From contig CBDUQR010000049.1 in NCBI GenBank assembly GCA_965369655.1, forward strand, positions 1-19,118: a stretch of DNA of 19,118 nucleotides, given 5' to 3'. Made by a program: the position numbers and the translations under genes. The notes below the pieces were generated by a model. That model saw nothing but the letters and a program-made list of their open reading frames with translations, was not told where the DNA came from and made no database searches. The stretch's first letter is position 1. Every line of letters starts with the position of its first letter. Below are positions 15,981 through 19,118 of this stretch, in pieces. Origin of the DNA: an uncultured bacterium. GTDB lineage: Bacteria > Zixibacteria > MSB-5A5 > JAABVY01 > JAHJOQ01.

Positions 15981-18962
15981 CTACTCGACTGAAATCATCA
16001 CATCGTCAAGCCGAGTGCGTTCCTCCGAAAGTTGCTTCTCAATCTGTAACCTCTTTCCGTCGAGAATCTCCCAGTCTCTAACAATCTCTTTCTGTTTTTC
16101 GATGTCGGGGAGAGGAATAGGTGTGGATTCAAAGAGTTTGATTTTCACTTCCTTCCGCCCTTCAGAGCCAACCTTCTTCCTCCACAGATAGTCTTTGAAG
16201 AAACTGCTCTGAATGACCCTCATCAAATAGGGGGGATGAATGACATCGCTGTCTGGTTTGTAAACCACGAAGTGATTGGTGACAACCACATTTCTTAGAG
16301 ACTCGGGCACGGTTCCCACAGCCCCATTCTTCAGGTCGATTTTTGACACAACTATGTCACCTAGACGAGCAAAGTAAAGAGTCATTGTATAGTCGTCGGA
16401 ATCTGAAGTATCACGAGGATCTATGCTGCCGTCAAAGTGGATTGTGATTGGAGTCAATTCTGAGAAATCGTACTCGTCACGGTCGACAATTTCGACTCTT
16501 TTGGAAAGCGCAATACCGAGTGGCTGTAGCAGTGAGGGGTCACACTGCCACAGAATAGGCTTGAAGGATGAGGGGTCCCATCGGTCGATATCGGACCACC
16601 TTACTCGGAAGATGGGGCGTGCGACATCCGTAGTGAGTTTACGTGGTGACTGTACGAATTCCTGCCATGCCGCAAGCACATCCGGAAGTTCATTCTGCGG
16701 ATCGTCTCTGCCAGAAGCCCTTATCCCTACATGCTTTGTAACGGCCATGAAAATGTCATAGTCGTATCGAGTCTTCACGGCTACCCGCGCTTCAACCCGC
16801 GGTGACTCCACGAGGACTCTGGAGCGCTTTAGGGAAGCCTTACGCTTCTTATCGAATTCTGCTTTGCTGAGTCCTGTACCATAAAGAGCTAGAGCTTCCT
16901 TCTGGTTGGCAGATATTATGTCCTTTTGTGGGGCTTGTAGATTTCTTTCGTATTGTTTCCAATTGACCTTCAAAGCTCTTCCCAGACGTGCGATCATCTC
17001 TTGATGTTTCCTTAGTTCGCGCTTCTCAGCCGCATCACGATACTTGTCACGTTCTCGCTTCTCACTGACAGTGTAACGACGCAAGAATAAAAGACTCGCC
17101 TTGACATTGGTTTTTGCAGATTTGAACGTTTTGTCAGGAATGGAGACAACACCAAGGATCTGCACCTTGTCCTCGATTAAATCGCGTAGTTTGATCAAGG
17201 ACGGATTGTTCAATACGCCATCTGGAACGACTATACCAAGCCGGCCACCCGGTTTGATCAACGAAATGCAGCGCTCTAAGAAGAGTAGCTCTGTCTTTGC
17301 GGTTTTCGCATCCTTTGAAATCTGGAAAAGAGAGAGAATTGTGCTTCTGTTCTCCTCAGCCTTGAGCATTCGCGCATGTGCGCGCTTGTATGTCTCGCCG
17401 AACTGGCGGAAGTAGTTCTTGTGAATATCTGCTGCAATAGCAACACGTGTTTCGAGCGTGTCGCCGACGATTTGGTCATTCTCTACAGATGCCCCGAACG
17501 GAGGGTTAGTGAACACTATATCGAAGCGATCTTCGAATATTCCATTGAAGTCGACTAGTCCATCATGATGGTGAATGCCGCCATGTCCGTCACCATGCAT
17601 AATCATGTTCATCTTGCTCGTGCGTGCTGCGCGTGGCTCCGCGTCACATCCGAAGATTGAGTTGTGTGCGATATTCCAAAGGCGAGAGCCATCTGCCGTT
17701 ACATCAAGGGACGTATTTAGATCGGAATAGGCCGATGCGATCGCCTCTGCCTCCTCGTCTTCAGGCAGTTTCTGTGCTTCGATGGCTTTCCGCCTTACCT
17801 GTTTCTTGTTGTGAACGTCTCTTTCTATCTTCGTTCGGACGTGTTCGAAGTGACGGATGAGAAAGCCACCCGATCCCGAAGCTGGATCACACATAACGTC
17901 ATTCTCTGAAGGGTCCATCACGTCTACCACAAAATTCACAATGGGACGTGGTGTAAAGTACTGCCCGAGGTCGCCTCGAAACGTCTGGCCAAGGAAACGC
18001 TCGAATGCAATACCCTTTATGTCATCACTAGTAGCACCAAGATTGAATCGCTCCAGAAGTTGTACGATGCGACGGAATGTTGCGAAAGAGACATTCATAC
18101 GATCATCTTCCTCAAAGAGATCGTCTGCAGTATAGTGTTCTTTTGTATCTTCAAAGAGGTCATTCATAACATCTTCGAGTTTCCGGCGACGAATGCGAGC
18201 GTAATCATCAAGATATGCAGTTGTGAACTTGTGATAGTCGCCTGTGCGTTCAATGAACATTTTCACGAAGAGGATCTTGGATATCTCGTCAAACGCTTTT
18301 CCCGGCTCCATCTTGTGGTTGTCCCGGAGAATGCAATGGCATTCGAAAAGCAAACGGCGGAATTCCTCGCGAGAGAATGCCTTTGTGGCTCGTCGGATTG
18401 AGTCCATTCGTTTGGCGTCGCCAAGATCGCTGACGGTAGGAACATCCTCGATGTCCTCGCGAGACCCTGGTAGTCCGCGAATGATCTTGAAGTAACGAGT
18501 TTCCTTGGTGTTGTGCATAACGAGAAACTCACACGGTTCTCCAATAGCTCGCGCATATGAATCCCCCTGTTCGTAGTCGTCTGGATCGATGGTTACATTG
18601 TCACTCTTGCATTCTACGACGATCACGGGAGCTCGACCCTCGCTTTTCGCTGCTGTGGACTCCCATACTGCAATATCGACCTTTGGAGAACGCCGTCCAT
18701 GTCTTGTCCGCCTCTCTTGGTCCATTTGCGCAAAGTCGTATCCATAGCGATCGTGGAGGATAAGGATGTATTGTTGACGGACTTTCTCCTCCGGAAGGAG
18801 CACTCGCCATTCATCCTTTAGTGGACACCAGATCCATGCTCCCTCAATGATGGGACTCAGTGGGTCTCCTGGCACATGGGCTTGCGTCGGCATCGTTGAC
18901 GGCTTGTTATTCTTCAGGGACTTCTTTGTAGGGCGCGATATCTTCTTACGAGTAGAACCCAT
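15981..18962 (-). CDS. Single-chain restriction-modification enzyme: HsdR_N-like PD-(D/E)xK nuclease + N6-adenine MTase + one HsdS-like TRD (Type IIB/IIG-like)
   Basis: PEEKVRQ, KVDIAVW...IVVECK; LGQYFTPR, DPASGSGGF, NPPF (17496-17507), IVVPDGVL; C-terminal GDIVVSK...IPLPDIEKQKEIV; AGGAGG RBS. Confidence 0.9.
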   Translation of the reverse strand: MGSTRKKISRPTKKSLKNNKPSTMPTQAHVPGDPLSPIIEGAWIWCPLKDEWRVLLPEEKVRQQYILILHDRYGYDFAQMDQERRTRHGRRSPKVDIAVWESTAAKSEGRAPVIVVECKSDNVTIDPDDYEQGDSYARAIGEPCEFLVMHNTKETRYFKIIRGLPGSREDIEDVPTVSDLGDAKRMDSIRRATKAFSREEFRRLLFECHCILRDNHKMEPGKAFDEISKILFVKMFIERTGDYHKFTTAYLDDYARIRRRKLEDVMNDLFEDTKEHYTADDLFEEDDRMNVSFATFRRIVQLLERFNLGATSDDIKGIAFERFLGQTFRGDLGQYFTPRPIVNFVVDVMDPSENDVMCDPASGSGGFLIRHFEHVRTKIERDVHNKKQVRRKAIEAQKLPEDEEAEAIASAYSDLNTSLDVTADGSRLWNIAHNSIFGCDAEPRAARTSKMNMIMHGDGHGGIHHHDGLVDFNGIFEDRFDIVFTNPPFGASVENDQIVGDTLETRVAIAADIHKNYFRQFGETYKRAHARMLKAEENRSTILSLFQISKDAKTAKTELLFLERCISLIKPGGRLGIVVPDGVLNNPSLIKLRDLIEDKVQILGVVSIPDKTFKSAKTNVKASLLFLRRYTVSEKRERDKYRDAAEKRELRKHQEMIARLGRALKVNWKQYERNLQAPQKDIISANQKEALALYGTGLSKAEFDKKRKASLKRSRVLVESPRVEARVAVKTRYDYDIFMAVTKHVGIRASGRDDPQNELPDVLAAWQEFVQSPRKLTTDVARPIFRVRWSDIDRWDPSSFKPILWQCDPSLLQPLGIALSKRVEIVDRDEYDFSELTPITIHFDGSIDPRDTSDSDDYTMTLYFARLGDIVVSKIDLKNGAVGTVPESLRNVVVTNHFVVYKPDSDVIHPPYLMRVIQSSFFKDYLWRKKVGSEGRKEVKIKLFESTPIPLPDIEKQKEIVRDWEILDGKRLQIEKQLSEERTRLDDVMISVE

Positions 18963-19066
18963 ACAGCCTCCTGTTGTTCATATCCAGCGGTCCTCGGACA
19001 TTGACTCGTAACAATTATGTCCTCATATCTGAAAAAGCGATCTGTCTCCAGCAATCAGCCAGTAGC

Positions 19067-19101
19067 CGGTAGCCCATCCAGAGCGTAGCGTCGGATGGGT
19101 T
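19067..19101 (+). repeat. GTAG-type REP hairpin, copy 2
   Basis: CGGTAGCCCATCCAGAGCGTAGCGTCGGATGGGTT; stem CCCATCC/GGATGGG. Confidence 0.85.
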
Positions 19102-19118
19102 CGTGTTGACAACTATAA

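Noticed and set aside
4040..18814. Many antisense or alternate-frame ORFs overlapping the main genes
   Set aside because: Shadow ORFs of well-supported genes, with no motifs of their own.

Overview
Bacterial chromosomal window, probably from a Gram-negative anaerobe (superoxide reductase, HemW, Omp85-type protein; an FCB/Zixibacteria-like origin is only an impression). The core is housekeeping: rarA, hemW, an erythrin-like ferritin, desulfoferrodoxin, a 1036-aa zinc-peptidase + TolB-like propeller + Omp85-barrel protein directly downstream of murA, and divergent secD-secF. Both flanks are accessory. The left 3.8 kb has a 330-codon gene fragment clipped between two IS3-type termini, a mosaic of IS256 5' end + GGATC tandem repeats + IS3 3' end, a DUF5683-like gene, a lipoprotein, a histidine-kinase fragment, a cluster of GTRG-type REP hairpins and an orphan 195-aa ORF. 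The right 3 kb has a single-chain restriction-modification gene (nuclease + N6-MTase + only one TRD). The best leads are the peptidase-propeller-Omp85 gene coupled to murA, the single-TRD R-M-S fusion, and a covarying GTAG REP that borders both accessory genes. No rRNA, tRNA or CRISPR array was seen. All family assignments come from motif recognition by eye, not database searches.
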